From the IMG/VR virus record IMGVR_UViG_3300045988_183134, positions 96,001-160,000 of that record: 64,000 nt of DNA; one strand, given 5' to 3'. Below, one piece after another: positions 1 to 9,149 of this stretch. The notes beneath the pieces are model-generated. The model made no database searches. It saw only the letters and a list, made by a program, of their open reading frames with translations, and had not been told where the DNA came from. Both the position numbers and the translations under genes were made by a program. The DNA comes from a virus. The first letter of the stretch is position 1; each line of letters opens with the position of its first letter.

Positions 1-2
1 AC

Positions 3-194
3 CGTCATCGCCGTGCGTTGCACGAAGGGCTGATGGCACGGGTGAACTTTGCCAATCGTCTGTGCGTGAAGCTGAACACACCTGTTCTTGCTGAACGGGT
101 CACGGAAGAGAACCGAGAAACCTATTTTGCTTTCGCAAAAGAGGTGGTCGATTCCTATTTCGGTGAAGCCATGCAGAACGGACGATTGCTCTAG
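3..194 (+). CDS. 3' end of a gene that starts left of the window; function unknown
   Basis: Frame is open from base 3 to TAG at 192-194 (...EVVDSYFGEAMQNGRLL*). It is absent from the ORF track because no start codon lies in the window. Confidence 0.35.
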   Translation, partial: RHRRALHEGLMARVNFANRLCVKLNTPVLAERVTEENRETYFAFAKEVVDSYFGEAMQNGRLL

Positions 195-245
195 GGCAAC
201 ATTGTCCCAACCCGTTTTAACACTACAACTATGGAGGTATTTATT

Positions 246-698
246 ATGTCTAATAACAAAGAAATTATCTGCAAACTCATCAAAGCCAAGAACCAGGAGG
301 CCAACAGCTACACAGACCAAACTTGCTACAATGCTGCCTACTGCTACGGCTATGTGGACGGCGCAACTATGGCACTGAACACTTTGAGCGGCGTACCCGA
401 ACGCCATAAGTGCTATGCTATCCTGTCCCATTATTCCAATGAAGATATCGGCACGTTTGACTCCGTTGCAATTTGCGGCGGGGTACATATGAGCTTTGAG
501 TCGGCCAAGAAAGCGGCTGATGAAATGCTTGCGGTCGATAAGGAAAATGGGTGCCACGATGACGCCGTTCCGTACACTCTCGACGATTGCAAAGAGTTTG
601 ACGACCTTCCTCTGTACATTGCAGGCGAGTGGGTCAAGGACAAATTTGAACACTATCACAACTTTTACGCTGTATTTGAACAGGATGCAGCGCTGTAG
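246..698 (+). CDS. hypothetical protein (150 aa)
   Basis: ORF 231..698. ATG 246 follows GGAGG by about 8 nt, and the ATG at 231 lies inside that RBS. Confidence 0.6.
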   Translation: MSNNKEIICKLIKAKNQEANSYTDQTCYNAAYCYGYVDGATMALNTLSGVPERHKCYAILSHYSNEDIGTFDSVAICGGVHMSFESAKKAADEMLAVDKENGCHDDAVPYTLDDCKEFDDLPLYIAGEWVKDKFEHYHNFYAVFEQDAAL

Positions 699-723
699 AA
701 AACAGAACGCTGGAGGTGCTCTT

Positions 724-1050
724 GTGTTTAAGGTATTAGGCGGCATTGGCCGTTCCGTTCCACTCTACAACGGCAAGGCTCGAATCCTTGTCAAGGCAAT
801 TATCCCGGTTGCTTCCAGCTACCTCGCTGATATGCAAAGTGTCTGTGAGGCAAACGGCTGGAAATCCGTTCTGGATGAACGCGGTAACCTGGTCGTCTTG
901 TCTGTTGTGTCCATTGACGCTTACCGGCTTTCCGACAGCACCTTGATGACCGCATATCTGCACTTTGCAGAAACTGCGGCTCAGAAACTTACGGGCTGCA
1001 AAAATCGGTATTTGGTCGCTGGTGTTGTGTCTTACGATGCAGCCGCATAA
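724..1050 (+). CDS. hypothetical protein (108 aa)
   Basis: 3' part of ORF 496..1050. In-frame GTG 724 is preceded by GGAGGTG (712-718). The upstream part of that ORF overlaps 246..698 in another frame. Confidence 0.4.
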   Translation: MFKVLGGIGRSVPLYNGKARILVKAIIPVASSYLADMQSVCEANGWKSVLDERGNLVVLSVVSIDAYRLSDSTLMTAYLHFAETAAQKLTGCKNRYLVAGVVSYDAAA

Positions 1051-1063
1051 GGAGGTTAACATT

Positions 1064-1684
1064 ATGAAATACCACGGATTTGAATCACCCATCGATTGGT
1101 CTCAGTACCTTATCCAGAAAGCAGACAAACACGAATATGAACCGTCTGAGCCGGGGAAGAGAGTCGAGGCTTTACTCGAAAAGCTCTACCTGCCGCAGAA
1201 CTCCTATTCCTACGCAAAGTTTCCTCAATGGTTTGCGGATTCCTCTGACAAGGGGACAGAAGAGGAACAGGTACGGTATGTGATGAATCATCTCTGCCCG
1301 AATCTGTACCACTTTTATAAAAATCCGACGCAGAAAGATTTTCGTCTGGGGCCTGATGTTGTGAACCTCATGGTTCACCAGCATATGTGTGAGAACACAC
1401 AGGCGACCATTCTGAACGAGGATGGTTCTCTTTTTCAGGATGGGGTTCATGATACTCACGAGGAAATCCTTCTGCTGACGTTGTTCTTTGAACACGAGTT
1501 CAACGATATGGATATTCGGTGCGCCCGCGTATCGTATACCTCATCGGACGCTGAAATCAAAGCCTGCTTCCTGCACGCGGTTCATAAGCGGTTTGGCTTA
1601 ATGGACCCGGCAGCGGAAAGGCTTTGGCTCAGCAACAAGTCTAACAAAGTTTACCTCATTAAAACAATCCACGGAATCGCTTGA
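1064..1684 (+). CDS. hypothetical protein (206 aa)
   Basis: ORF 965..1684. ATG 1064 (MKYHGFES...) follows AAGGAGG. Confidence 0.65.
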   Translation: MKYHGFESPIDWSQYLIQKADKHEYEPSEPGKRVEALLEKLYLPQNSYSYAKFPQWFADSSDKGTEEEQVRYVMNHLCPNLYHFYKNPTQKDFRLGPDVVNLMVHQHMCENTQATILNEDGSLFQDGVHDTHEEILLLTLFFEHEFNDMDIRCARVSYTSSDAEIKACFLHAVHKRFGLMDPAAERLWLSNKSNKVYLIKTIHGIA

Positions 1685-1709
1685 GCACAAATCAAAGGAG
1701 TGTAAAACT

Positions 1710-2258
1710 ATGAAATCTAATACTATTCGCAACGACTACGCTGCGGCACGAATTTCCGCTATATCCGCCATCATCGCAGCGGAAGCAATCGGAGTCACCC
1801 TGCTTCTCATTCTGATTCAGTCTCTGCTGAAAGCTGTAACTCCGCTGACGTCGGAATCCATTCTGATGCTGGTCCTGGGTTCTTTTGTCAGGACCGGAAC
1901 CACCGCATTCTGCATTTTCGGCGTGCTCTCTGCACTGGCTGCCTTGTACGTGTCAGCTTGTGCGACGAGAGAACGGTATTTTTACATTGAGAAGGGCGAG
2001 CTCAAATTCATAGCCAAGACCAAAGAAATGTTCGGCTGGCTGAAGAATTCTAAGCCCGCAATTGGCTGCTTTGCAACTGCAGGAGCGTTCGTGATAATGG
2101 CGATATCCCTAATTGCTGATATCGGTATCTTCGATTCCGGTCTCAGCCACGAAACGCTCGGTGCCCTCATCAATGTTGCAGTTCTGATGCTTCACATCGC
2201 CGGTGGCTGTATCGTTGCTTCGGTGGCTTGTGCGGTTTGGGACAGCAATAAGATATAG
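1710..2258 (+). CDS. integral membrane protein, several TM helices
   Basis: ORF with RBS AAAGGAG upstream. It has long hydrophobic segments (AISAIIAAEAIGVTLLLILI, LMLVLGSFV..., AFVIMAISLIADIGIF, LINVAVLMLHIAGGCIVASV). Confidence 0.65.
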   Translation: MKSNTIRNDYAAARISAISAIIAAEAIGVTLLLILIQSLLKAVTPLTSESILMLVLGSFVRTGTTAFCIFGVLSALAALYVSACATRERYFYIEKGELKFIAKTKEMFGWLKNSKPAIGCFATAGAFVIMAISLIADIGIFDSGLSHETLGALINVAVLMLHIAGGCIVASVACAVWDSNKI

Positions 2259-2292
2259 GGCTCAAAATTCCAGACCTACGTGTATATAATCC

Positions 2293-2327
2293 AGAGCTGT
2301 CCATCTTCGGATGGGCAGCTCTTTTTG
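2293..2327 (+). terminator. intrinsic terminator
   Basis: Hairpin agagctgtccatc-ttcg-gatgggcagctct followed by TTTTT. Confidence 0.7.
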
Positions 2328-2355
2328 TTGCTCAAATTTGCGAATTGCGGATAAT
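2328..2355 (+). promoter_or_regulatory. TGTGCGAA-box promoter, copy a (box variant TTTGCGAA)
   Basis: TTGCTC-aaa-TTTGCGAA-ttgcg-GATAAT-aaaaaa, directly after a terminator. Confidence 0.5.
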
Positions 2356-2418
2356 AAAAAATATAAAAATCATAAATACAGGAGAGCGAATCGCAGTGAC
2401 AGATTTACTTGGCAATAT

Positions 2419-2446
2419 GATGCGGAATGTGCGAATTGACGAATAA
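2419..2446 (+). promoter_or_regulatory. TGTGCGAA-box promoter, copy b (weak -35 and -10)
   Basis: GATGCG-gaa-TGTGCGAA-ttgac-GAATAA-agaag. It lies immediately left of the TnpB-element left-end hairpin. Confidence 0.45.
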
Positions 2447-2548
2447 AGAAGAGCGCACGCCCCGTCTATAGCCGTAAGGCTTAGGCGGGGTTAGCTCGTG
2501 TTTAAGGACAAGAATCAGGATTTTTTATTTTCCGTTCTGATAAAGGTA

Positions 2549-2576
2549 TTGCCTGGTTGTGCGAACTGGATACTGT
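2549..2576 (+). promoter_or_regulatory. TGTGCGAA-box promoter, copy c, upstream of tnpB
   Basis: TTGCCT-ggt-TGTGCGAA-ctgga-TACTGT-aaaatt. It lies inside the inferred IS boundaries. Confidence 0.45.
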
Positions 2577-2611
2577 AAAATTATAGTGAACCGCAAGGGA
2601 GGTGAGCCACT

Positions 2612-3721
2612 TTGAAAGTACATAAAGGCTATAAATTTCGGCTAGAGCCTACAGAAGAACAGAAAGTCAAAATCAATAAAACGCTCGGCTGCTGCCGTTT
2701 TGTATATAACTCTATGCTAGATAGGCGTATAAAAGCTTATCAACGGCGCGGTGAAAGTATGAGCTATATTGATACACAAAATCTGCTTCCTCAGATGAAA
2801 ACTTATCTTCCTTGGCTTGCTGAAGTAGATAGTCAAGCACTCAAATATAGCTGTCGTCAGTTAAATAATGCCTATAAAGGCTTTTTCGAAGACGGTAAAG
2901 GGTTCCCCCAATTCAAACGAAAACGGGGAGAAGAAAGCTATACAACTACAAAAGCAAAAAGCATTAAAGTTGACGAAAAGTACATTCAGCTTCCGACACT
3001 TGGGAAGATGCGTTATCGTAAGAGTCGCAACATTGAGGGACGCATCTGTAAGGCAACAATCCGTCGCTCAGCAAGCGGCAAATACTATGTAAGTATTCTT
3101 TGCGAAGTAGAAGTAATGCCGCTTCCGGTTAAAGATACCGTCATCGGTTTAGATGTTGGCATCAAATCTTTTGCTGTTGACAGCAATGGAAAAGAATATC
3201 CAAACAATAAATATCTTCAGAAAGCGGAAGCTAAACTAAAGCGTGAGCAGAAAAAGCTGTCACGCAAAAAGAAAGGTTCTGCCAACTGGGAGAAGCAACG
3301 TATCAAGGTGGCTTGCTGCCACGAAAAAGTGACCAATAAGCGAAAAGATGCCCTACACAAGTTGTCATCTACACTGGTGAAAGAAAACCAAATCATCTGT
3401 GTAGAAGACCTCAATGTAAATGGTATGGTTCGCAATCACAACCTTGCTAAAAGTATTTCCGATGTTTCTTGGGGAGAGTTCTTCCGACAACTTGATTATA
3501 AATCCAGTTGGGCAGGAAGAGCAGTTGTAAAAATACCAACCTTCTATCCAAGCAGCCAGACCTGCTCTTGCTGCGGCTACCAAAACAAAGAGGTAAAAAA
3601 CCTCAATGTTCGGCATTGGGTCTGTCCGAAATGTAACACATCACACGATAGGGATAAAAATGCAGCAGAAAACATTCTAAAGAAAGGAATGGACATGCTG
3701 GCTACGCCAGCCGCCTCATAG
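2612..3721 (+). CDS. tnpB: TnpB (IS605 OrfB-type RNA-guided RuvC nuclease), 369 aa
   Basis: TTG start after GGAGGTG. N-terminus is [13 protein letters not shown]. RuvC motifs are [24 protein letters not shown] and [10 protein letters not shown]. Zinc ribbon is SQTCSCCGY...[10 protein letters not shown]. Confidence 0.9.
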   Translation: MKVHKGYKFRLEPTEEQKVKINKTLGCCRFVYNSMLDRRIKAYQRRGESMSYIDTQNLLPQMKTYLPWLAEVDSQALKYSCRQLNNAYKGFFEDGKGFPQFKRKRGEESYTTTKAKSIKVDEKYIQLPTLGKMRYRKSRNIEGRICKATIRRSASGKYYVSILCEVEVMPLPVKDTVIGLDVGIKSFAVDSNGKEYPNNKYLQKAEAKLKREQKKLSRKKKGSANWEKQRIKVACCHEKVTNKRKDALHKLSSTLVKENQIICVEDLNVNGMVRNHNLAKSISDVSWGEFFRQLDYKSSWAGRAVVKIPTFYPSSQTCSCCGYQNKEVKNLNVRHWVCPKCNTSHDRDKNAAENILKKGMDMLATPAAS

Positions 3722-3814
3722 CCACAGACGAACAGTACGGTCAGGACGACCGAATCTTAAAGTCTGTGGAGAGCGAACCTCTATCAAGGGCTGCGGCCTG
3801 CGGTAAGCTCGCTC
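3560..3814 (+). ncRNA. candidate TnpB omega/right-end RNA scaffold
   Basis: Position overlaps the tnpB 3' end and runs to the right-end hairpin. Stems ccacagac/gtctgtgg (3722-3770) and gagcga/tcgctc (3771-3814) are visible. The 5' limit is a guess. Confidence 0.35.
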
Positions 3815-3878
3815 TATGAAGCAGAAATCCATACTGAGTAACGGGGCAACCCGTGAAAAGTTGGAAGTCCGAATCATT

Positions 3879-5384
3879 ATGCTTGCAATCAAAGCCAAAA
3901 GGTCAAATAAAACACTCTATCTATTCGCGTCCATCATCGTAACTGCCATTGCTGTCATTATGGCAGAACGGCAAGGAGTCGTTGACAGCGATTATTTCTG
4001 GCATATCACCCTGGGAAAAAGTATCTGGCAAAATAAAGCCATCCCAACTCAGGACACTTTCTCCTGGCTAAGCCCGGAACTCAATTTGCAGGAAACCGCT
4101 CATTCCTGGCTCAGCAGCCTGATTCTTTACGCGTTTTCCTGCATTTCCACAAATCCTGTCTACGGAATGCTTGCATTCATCGCAGTGACAGTCTTTGCCT
4201 ACTGTCTGTTCATTGAATATATCTGGGGCAGACAAATCAAAGACCCTTTCATGAATGTCTTGGCTTTGGCTCTTGTCACGCTGCCGCTTGACTGGGCAGG
4301 AAGACCGCAAAACATCGGCTTAACGCTCTTTGCAATCGGATTCTATCTGCTGAACAAAGTCTATGAAGAACCTGACACAAAGCTCCGCTGGCTGCTTCCT
4401 GTTGTGAGCGTTCTTTGGGCAAACCTGCACGGCGGGGCATTGCCCATTCTGCTCGCGTTCAATCTGCTGTTCTTGGTCTTGTGCTTTGCTCCTGACATCA
4501 ATGCCTTTGATATCTATAACGAAAAGGGCGACTCAAAGAAGCGGTTCCGTGCCCTGTTCCAGGTCTTTCTTTCCGATATTTTGGCCGGACTCCTGAATCC
4601 ATACGGCATCAAGCTCTATATCTATTTCTTTGTGACAAACAATGAAACGACCAAGAAATATGTTTCTGAATGGATGCCGAGCCATCTTGCCAATGAAGTT
4701 GTGTTTCTGTGCCTTGCCTTCTTGTTTCTGATTGTAGCTTACCGAATGAAGGTAAAGCTCACAGAATTTGCCCCGTATCTCTGCTGCCTGTTCATGACAG
4801 CAATGTATGTCCGAATCCGCAGCTATTGGGTTATCGTCATGACTCCCCTCATTTACCGGTTCCTCACTTCTCTTATCTCCGCACAGGAAAACCGGATGTG
4901 GAAAGCTGGCGGCAGGCCCAACAGTTCCTGGGCGGGAAACACCAAGAAATACACTATCGCTGCAGCTGCCGTGCTCGTTCTTGTATCTGCTGTCTATGCA
5001 CCTTCCATGGCCAACGACCCCGATAAGACAGGGGATTACATCACAGCTGACCTTGTCTCATACATCCAAGACCTCAACCCGCAGCGGCTCTATACCTCCT
5101 ACAATGATGGCGGGTATTGCATCTATCATGGCATCAAAAGCTTCGCGGATTCCAGAGCAGACCTATTCCCGGACGATGTCATCGAAGCAAGTGTGAATTT
5201 TGCATTCATGAGCTATTCCACCGACACTGGCATGGAAGACTGTTTGAATCAATTTGACTTTGATGCCATCCTTTTACGGCGCTCCCAAAGCGGTCCCTGC
5301 ATCGAATATCTAAACCAACTTTCTGGCTGGACACAAGGATATAAAGACGATTATTTCGTTGTTTTTGTACCTTCCGAAACCTAA
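3879..5384 (+). CDS. polytopic membrane protein with a C-terminal soluble domain; GT-C/ArnT-like glycosyltransferase candidate
   Basis: ORF 3816..5384. The first 21 codons lie on IS-flanking structured sequence, so ATG 3879 is preferred. It has about 10 or more hydrophobic segments and an early DSDYFWHITLGK loop. The family call is weak. Confidence 0.55.
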   Translation: MLAIKAKRSNKTLYLFASIIVTAIAVIMAERQGVVDSDYFWHITLGKSIWQNKAIPTQDTFSWLSPELNLQETAHSWLSSLILYAFSCISTNPVYGMLAFIAVTVFAYCLFIEYIWGRQIKDPFMNVLALALVTLPLDWAGRPQNIGLTLFAIGFYLLNKVYEEPDTKLRWLLPVVSVLWANLHGGALPILLAFNLLFLVLCFAPDINAFDIYNEKGDSKKRFRALFQVFLSDILAGLLNPYGIKLYIYFFVTNNETTKKYVSEWMPSHLANEVVFLCLAFLFLIVAYRMKVKLTEFAPYLCCLFMTAMYVRIRSYWVIVMTPLIYRFLTSLISAQENRMWKAGGRPNSSWAGNTKKYTIAAAAVLVLVSAVYAPSMANDPDKTGDYITADLVSYIQDLNPQRLYTSYNDGGYCIYHGIKSFADSRADLFPDDVIEASVNFAFMSYSTDTGMEDCLNQFDFDAILLRRSQSGPCIEYLNQLSGWTQGYKDDYFVVFVPSET

Positions 5385-5391
5385 AAATCTC

Positions 5392-5427
5392 TGCCCTTGA
5401 CCGGATTTTTCGGCCAGGGGCATTTTT
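5392..5427 (+). terminator. intrinsic terminator
   Basis: tgcccttgaccgg...cggccaggggca followed by TTTTT. Confidence 0.6.
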
Positions 5428-5579
5428 GTACATATGTTTAGTGAAATCTAAACGGCTGACCGCTTTCTGGACAAGGCTTTCGAGTATTCAAATCGACTCT
5501 GGATTTTGTTCCAGGCTTGTTTTGTGCAATATTTACAAACTTTCTTTATTATGGGCGGTCGATTTGTAGTGTTGCTATC

Positions 5580-5607
5580 TAGCGAAGGTGTGCGAATTGC
5601 AGACAAT
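5580..5607 (+). promoter_or_regulatory. TGTGCGAA-box promoter, copy d, upstream of rep
   Basis: TAGCGA-agg-TGTGCGAA-ttgca-GACAAT-gaaag, 55 nt upstream of the rep ATG. Confidence 0.5.
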
Positions 5608-5661
5608 GAAAGTATGGGTTAAAATCCCAACACCTGAATACAAAATCAGAAGGACACATCA

Positions 5662-7812
5662 ATGCTAAATAACAGCTATACAAAAACGAATACCATCTTC
5701 GGACAGGCGCTTGGATGCACTGCCCTTGATGACGCATTTGTAAAGCTGCTGAGTGATGTAAATGCCGATGGCGTGACTCAGTTCCTGATTCGGACAAATG
5801 GCGAAGAGAAAATGAAGACCGTTGCCCAAATCAATTCTGAGTCTCTGGAAGCGGGTGTTCGTGAGCGCATCTTTGATAAAGTCAGCCCGAAATATGGGAC
5901 CCCGACTTATTGGGATACCTCTACCAACATCTACTTCTCCATCAATACGTTCCATCCTCAGAAATCTCTGCGCGGAAAAGGTATCCGTCGTAAGGCGGAT
6001 GTCGAAAAGCTGCGCGCTCTGTTCTTTGACATTGATTGCCACGGCGAAAACGCACCAGCTGACATCAGCGACCGCATCGGTGAACTTGTACTGGATGCCG
6101 TGAATCATCATGAGATTCCGGACTGTGCAGTTTCTAACAGCGGCCGTGGTGTTGGCTTGTTTGTGTTTCTTGAACCCTGCAACCCAAACAATCTCTCTTA
6201 CGGCTTGGCCTACAGCGGCGTACATAGAGCAATTTCTCTCAAGCTGAATGAGTTGATTGAGAAGGCCCAGTTCACGGCAAATGTTGAGCTGGATAAGGCG
6301 GTTCATGAAACCAACCGCGTTGCTCGTCTGCCTGGTACTTACAACACCAAGGCAAAACGCTGCTGCCATTGTATTCGGGTCCCTGAAGGAAAGCCCTTCA
6401 ACCTGCTGAAGCTCGCCGACCAGTATGAAGTCCCTTATCGGTTTGCTGATGAGAAAGTTGCTCCGTCTGACGCGAATTTCAACAAGACTGAGGACGAAAT
6501 CCTTGACTGGGCTAAAAAGCGCTTCGCGGCAATGTGCATGCGCTATCCGCATCTTCTTGAAGTTCTGAACAATTACAAGAAGAAGGAAGAACGGAAAGCA
6601 AACTTCGTCTGCCGCTTTGAGCTGGCGCTTCGTTACCTTCAGGCAAATCCGTGTGGTGAAGGAAACCGCCACAACACCCTCTTGGCTGTACTTTCCACCT
6701 GCTATGACCGTGGCGGTCATCCGGATATGGATAAGGCACAGCTCATCAACCGCACTTTTTCTCAGCCACTTTCTGACAAGGAAGTTGCGCATCTCGTTTC
6801 CACCTGCAAATACCCTTGCAAGAACTCGACGATTGAAGCACTCTCCGGCATTCCCGCAAGTGCTCTCAAGAATCCCAAAGCTAAGGCGGAAGGGAAGAAG
6901 AACGAAAGCGAATCTAAGCCAAAGCGTTACGAAAAAGGCGAAATTCCGCCTCCGATTGCAAGCTCCAAGGCTGACCGTTACATGCTCGGTGTTCTCATCA
7001 ACCACGGCATCATTCCCGACCTCCGCATCCGGAACCATCGTCAGAAGTACGAGGCTCAGGAACGCCGGAAACAGCGCATGGTCATCTATGACCGTATCCC
7101 GGAACTCTATGCTTCCGGAATGTCCGTTCGTGCCATTGCAAAGGAACTGAAAATCTCGGTTCCCACTGTATATGAGCAGGCTAAAGTGCGTGGTCTTGAT
7201 ATCGTGGAGAAGGAACAGCAGGCATTCCGCGTCAAGAACCTGACAGCTCAGCGACTCGTTGAGATGGGATATCAGAAGCAGAAAGTTGCTGAACTGATGG
7301 GCGTTAACCGGAACACGGTGTTCAACGCTCTGAACCGGACTTTTGATTCTGTGTCTGAAGAAGACCTTATGCTCATTGACAAGGCGGTTAATAAGCTCAT
7401 TGGTCGTGTCGAGGTTATCGTGGAGACTCCCGAACCACAGACGGCTGACGAGCTGGAAACGGCAAAGCCGCAGGAAGCTAATGAAACTACTGTGACTGCT
7501 GAATCCGCTGAAACTGCTGAGACGGTTGCGACCGCCAAGGCTGCGGACAGTACCGAGACCGTCACTACCGAGAAGGAGTGTTCTTCTAAGGATGACAACA
7601 AGCCAGACGACAATGTACCTTTTGCTCCATTCAGTGATGCGTACAATCAGCTGTGCTTTGAACCTCAATCCCACAAAGGTTGGCACTCCGTCAAGGATGC
7701 GTTGAACAACTACGCGACCAGCTGCTGCTCTGCGATAAGTCAGCTCTGGGATGGCGTTGGCAAAGTTCAAAGGCACTTTGACTACGGTCGAGCGCAGCAA
7801 GCCGCAACCTGA
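5662..7812 (+). CDS. replication initiator, primase-polymerase-like core with a PriCT-1-like motif and C-terminal HTH modules
   Basis: Motifs LFFDIDCHGENA, RVARLPGTYNTKAKR and GEGNRHNTLLAVLSTCYDRG. Two HTH-like stretches are SVRAIAKELKISVPTVYEQAK and KVAELMGVNRNTVFNAL. It has an acidic AETAET-rich tail, and an iteron region follows. Confidence 0.8.
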   Translation: MLNNSYTKTNTIFGQALGCTALDDAFVKLLSDVNADGVTQFLIRTNGEEKMKTVAQINSESLEAGVRERIFDKVSPKYGTPTYWDTSTNIYFSINTFHPQKSLRGKGIRRKADVEKLRALFFDIDCHGENAPADISDRIGELVLDAVNHHEIPDCAVSNSGRGVGLFVFLEPCNPNNLSYGLAYSGVHRAISLKLNELIEKAQFTANVELDKAVHETNRVARLPGTYNTKAKRCCHCIRVPEGKPFNLLKLADQYEVPYRFADEKVAPSDANFNKTEDEILDWAKKRFAAMCMRYPHLLEVLNNYKKKEERKANFVCRFELALRYLQANPCGEGNRHNTLLAVLSTCYDRGGHPDMDKAQLINRTFSQPLSDKEVAHLVSTCKYPCKNSTIEALSGIPASALKNPKAKAEGKKNESESKPKRYEKGEIPPPIASSKADRYMLGVLINHGIIPDLRIRNHRQKYEAQERRKQRMVIYDRIPELYASGMSVRAIAKELKISVPTVYEQAKVRGLDIVEKEQQAFRVKNLTAQRLVEMGYQKQKVAELMGVNRNTVFNALNRTFDSVSEEDLMLIDKAVNKLIGRVEVIVETPEPQTADELETAKPQEANETTVTAESAETAETVATAKAADSTETVTTEKECSSKDDNKPDDNVPFAPFSDAYNQLCFEPQSHKGWHSVKDALNNYATSCCSAISQLWDGVGKVQRHFDYGRAQQAAT

Positions 7813-7924
7813 ACCTTTTTAGTACCTTCACAATTTGATACTATCTCTTTTGCGCGAATCGAACCTTAAAAAGCTATATGCTGGAAGTCATTTCTAATTG
7901 AACCTGTATCTCTGGTCGGCAAAC

Positions 7925-8276
7925 GGACACACTCATTCATGAGCGAGAACACAAGTTTGCCGGGTTGATGTGCAGGATTTGAAGCGAATCTCTTCCTTTT
8001 GTGCAAAGTTCAATTCACTATTGACAGTCCCGGTGAGGCAAAATTTAGACTCACACGTTCGAGAAGGACACGCCCATTTATGAGTGAGAACAAAATTCCC
8101 GAACAGGCTGCGGCTCAGGAGTCACGCTCGCAATGCCGGGATGCTGGTAGAGGATTTCACGGACCACAAATGCTGGCAAACGCTACAGTATTTTCGCATT
8201 CATGCTGTTGTTTCAAAACCAAAACCACAGGATAAGTGTATCCTTTCGGAGGACACGCCCGCTTGCGAGTGAGAAC
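7925..8276 (+). repeat. three 26-bp direct repeats (candidate iterons)
   Basis: GGACACactcattcatGAGcGAGAAC at 7925-7950, GGACACgcccatttatGAGtGAGAAC at 8066-8091 and GGACACgcccgcttgcGAGtGAGAAC at 8251-8276. Confidence 0.7.
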
Positions 8277-8578
8277 GAAATCTAAAGGAATCTGACACAA
8301 ATCCCACCCTTTTGGGGCTGACAGTTGAACTGCGGACGGATGAAGTGGCCCACGTGGCGGCCATGACGGCTTTTCCGACTTAAAAATTTATAGTCGGCTG
8401 GACTGGTAATAGGAGTTCAGGAGCCCGATTTCTCCTGAAAAACGGACCCTGCCTAAGAATGTCAAACGAGTTGGCAATGTTCTTCAGGCTTTTGTTCGCG
8501 TCCCCTTAGTAGAACTCTATATATTATATATAAAGGGCATTGATAAGTAAGAGAGACTACTAGATTTGAACTGAGAAG

Positions 8579-8642
8579 GATTGGCTTAGAGTTAGCTTAG
8601 GATTGCTTAGGATTAGCTTTGAGTTCCTTGGGATTGGCTTTG
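8579..8642 (+). repeat. six tandem ~11-bp repeats next to an AT-rich tract (origin-like)
   Basis: gattggcttag agttagcttag gattgcttag gattagctttg agttccttgg gattggctttg. The tract tatatattatatataaa lies at 8518-8535. Confidence 0.65.
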
Positions 8643-8733
8643 TCATAGCTTTACCTTAGGAAACCCACTATTCCTTAGCTGCAATTTGGCGACCGTTGCG
8701 GGTTGTTGCGAGTTGTGTCCACTGCCGTCTGGA

Positions 8734-8838
8734 GCGTAGCTGCCTTGCTTTTGGGCTGGTGCTTCTTTGCTCCCTGGCATTCGCGTAGCTGCTTGTTTCT
8801 CATCCCTCCACATTCCGTGCCTTAGCTTGCGTAGCTGC
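8734..8838 (+). repeat. three copies of GCGTAGCTGC spaced 49 and 46 bp apart
   Basis: Exact 10-mers at 8734, 8783 and 8829. The spacing is not all a multiple of 3, so this is a DNA-level rather than a coding repeat. Confidence 0.55.
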
Positions 8839-8933
8839 TCCATTGGGCTTCGGCTGCCTGGATTTCTTGTTTCTTGCATTTGTGTCTAAACTGCTAACAA
8901 TTCGCCCTTCGCATTGAGGGCATGTTCGGCTCA

Positions 8934-8942
8934 TGGTATAAT
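8934..8942 (+). promoter_or_regulatory. extended -10 promoter TGGTATAAT
   Basis: Perfect TGnTATAAT, 26 nt upstream of ATG 8968, followed by AGGAGG. Confidence 0.55.
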
Positions 8943-8967
8943 TAAATCATAGCAGGAGGAGCTGGAC

Positions 8968-9141
8968 ATGAAGCGATATCGGTACTTGTGCATCTGCAAG
9001 GCAAACAAACCTGACTGCCAATATGCCTGCCTTTGCCGTATCGCATCTGCCAGATTCCCATTGTGGCGGGTTCCGAAATTTTGCTGCTTGAAGCGGCTTG
9101 GGACCTGTACGTACCAAAGCGTGTGGAAGGTGATTGTGTGA
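8968..9141 (+). CDS. small basic Cys-rich protein (57 aa), not in the ORF track
   Basis: My translation is MKRYRYLCICKANKPDCQYACLCRIASARFPLWRVPKFCCLKRLGTCTYQSVWKVIV* (8 Cys, 11 K/R). AGGAGG lies 8 nt upstream and an extended -10 lies upstream of that. Confidence 0.5.
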   Translation: MKRYRYLCICKANKPDCQYACLCRIASARFPLWRVPKFCCLKRLGTCTYQSVWKVIV

Positions 9142-9149
9142 GCAGCAGC

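Larger units (their letters stand above)
2451..3814 (+). mobile_element. IS200/IS605-family TnpB-only element (no TnpA)
   Basis: tnpB is flanked by related imperfect hairpins that begin GAGCG(C/A)AC and end T(T/A)AGCTCG: 2451-2497 (GTAA loop) and 3771-3814. Boundaries are approximate. Confidence 0.6.

Noticed and set aside
5665-7800. 711-aa minus-strand ORF
   Set aside because: It is exactly antisense to rep. It has no recognisable motifs and an R/V/L-rich shadow composition, whereas the + frame carries primase/PriCT/HTH motifs.
7999-8272. + strand ORFs 7999-8235 and 8084-8272
   Set aside because: They run through the 26-bp iterons in different frames, have no RBS, and lie in the origin region.
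8579-8642. Possible CRISPR-like array
   Set aside because: The repeat unit is only ~11 bp, tandem and without spacers. This is an iteron or bent-DNA type repeat, not CRISPR.
9033-9149. Track start (9033) for the metalloprotease
   Set aside because: It would overlap the well-signalled 57-aa ORF out of frame, and it adds a non-hydrophobic N-terminus. ATG 9150 is preferred but unproven.
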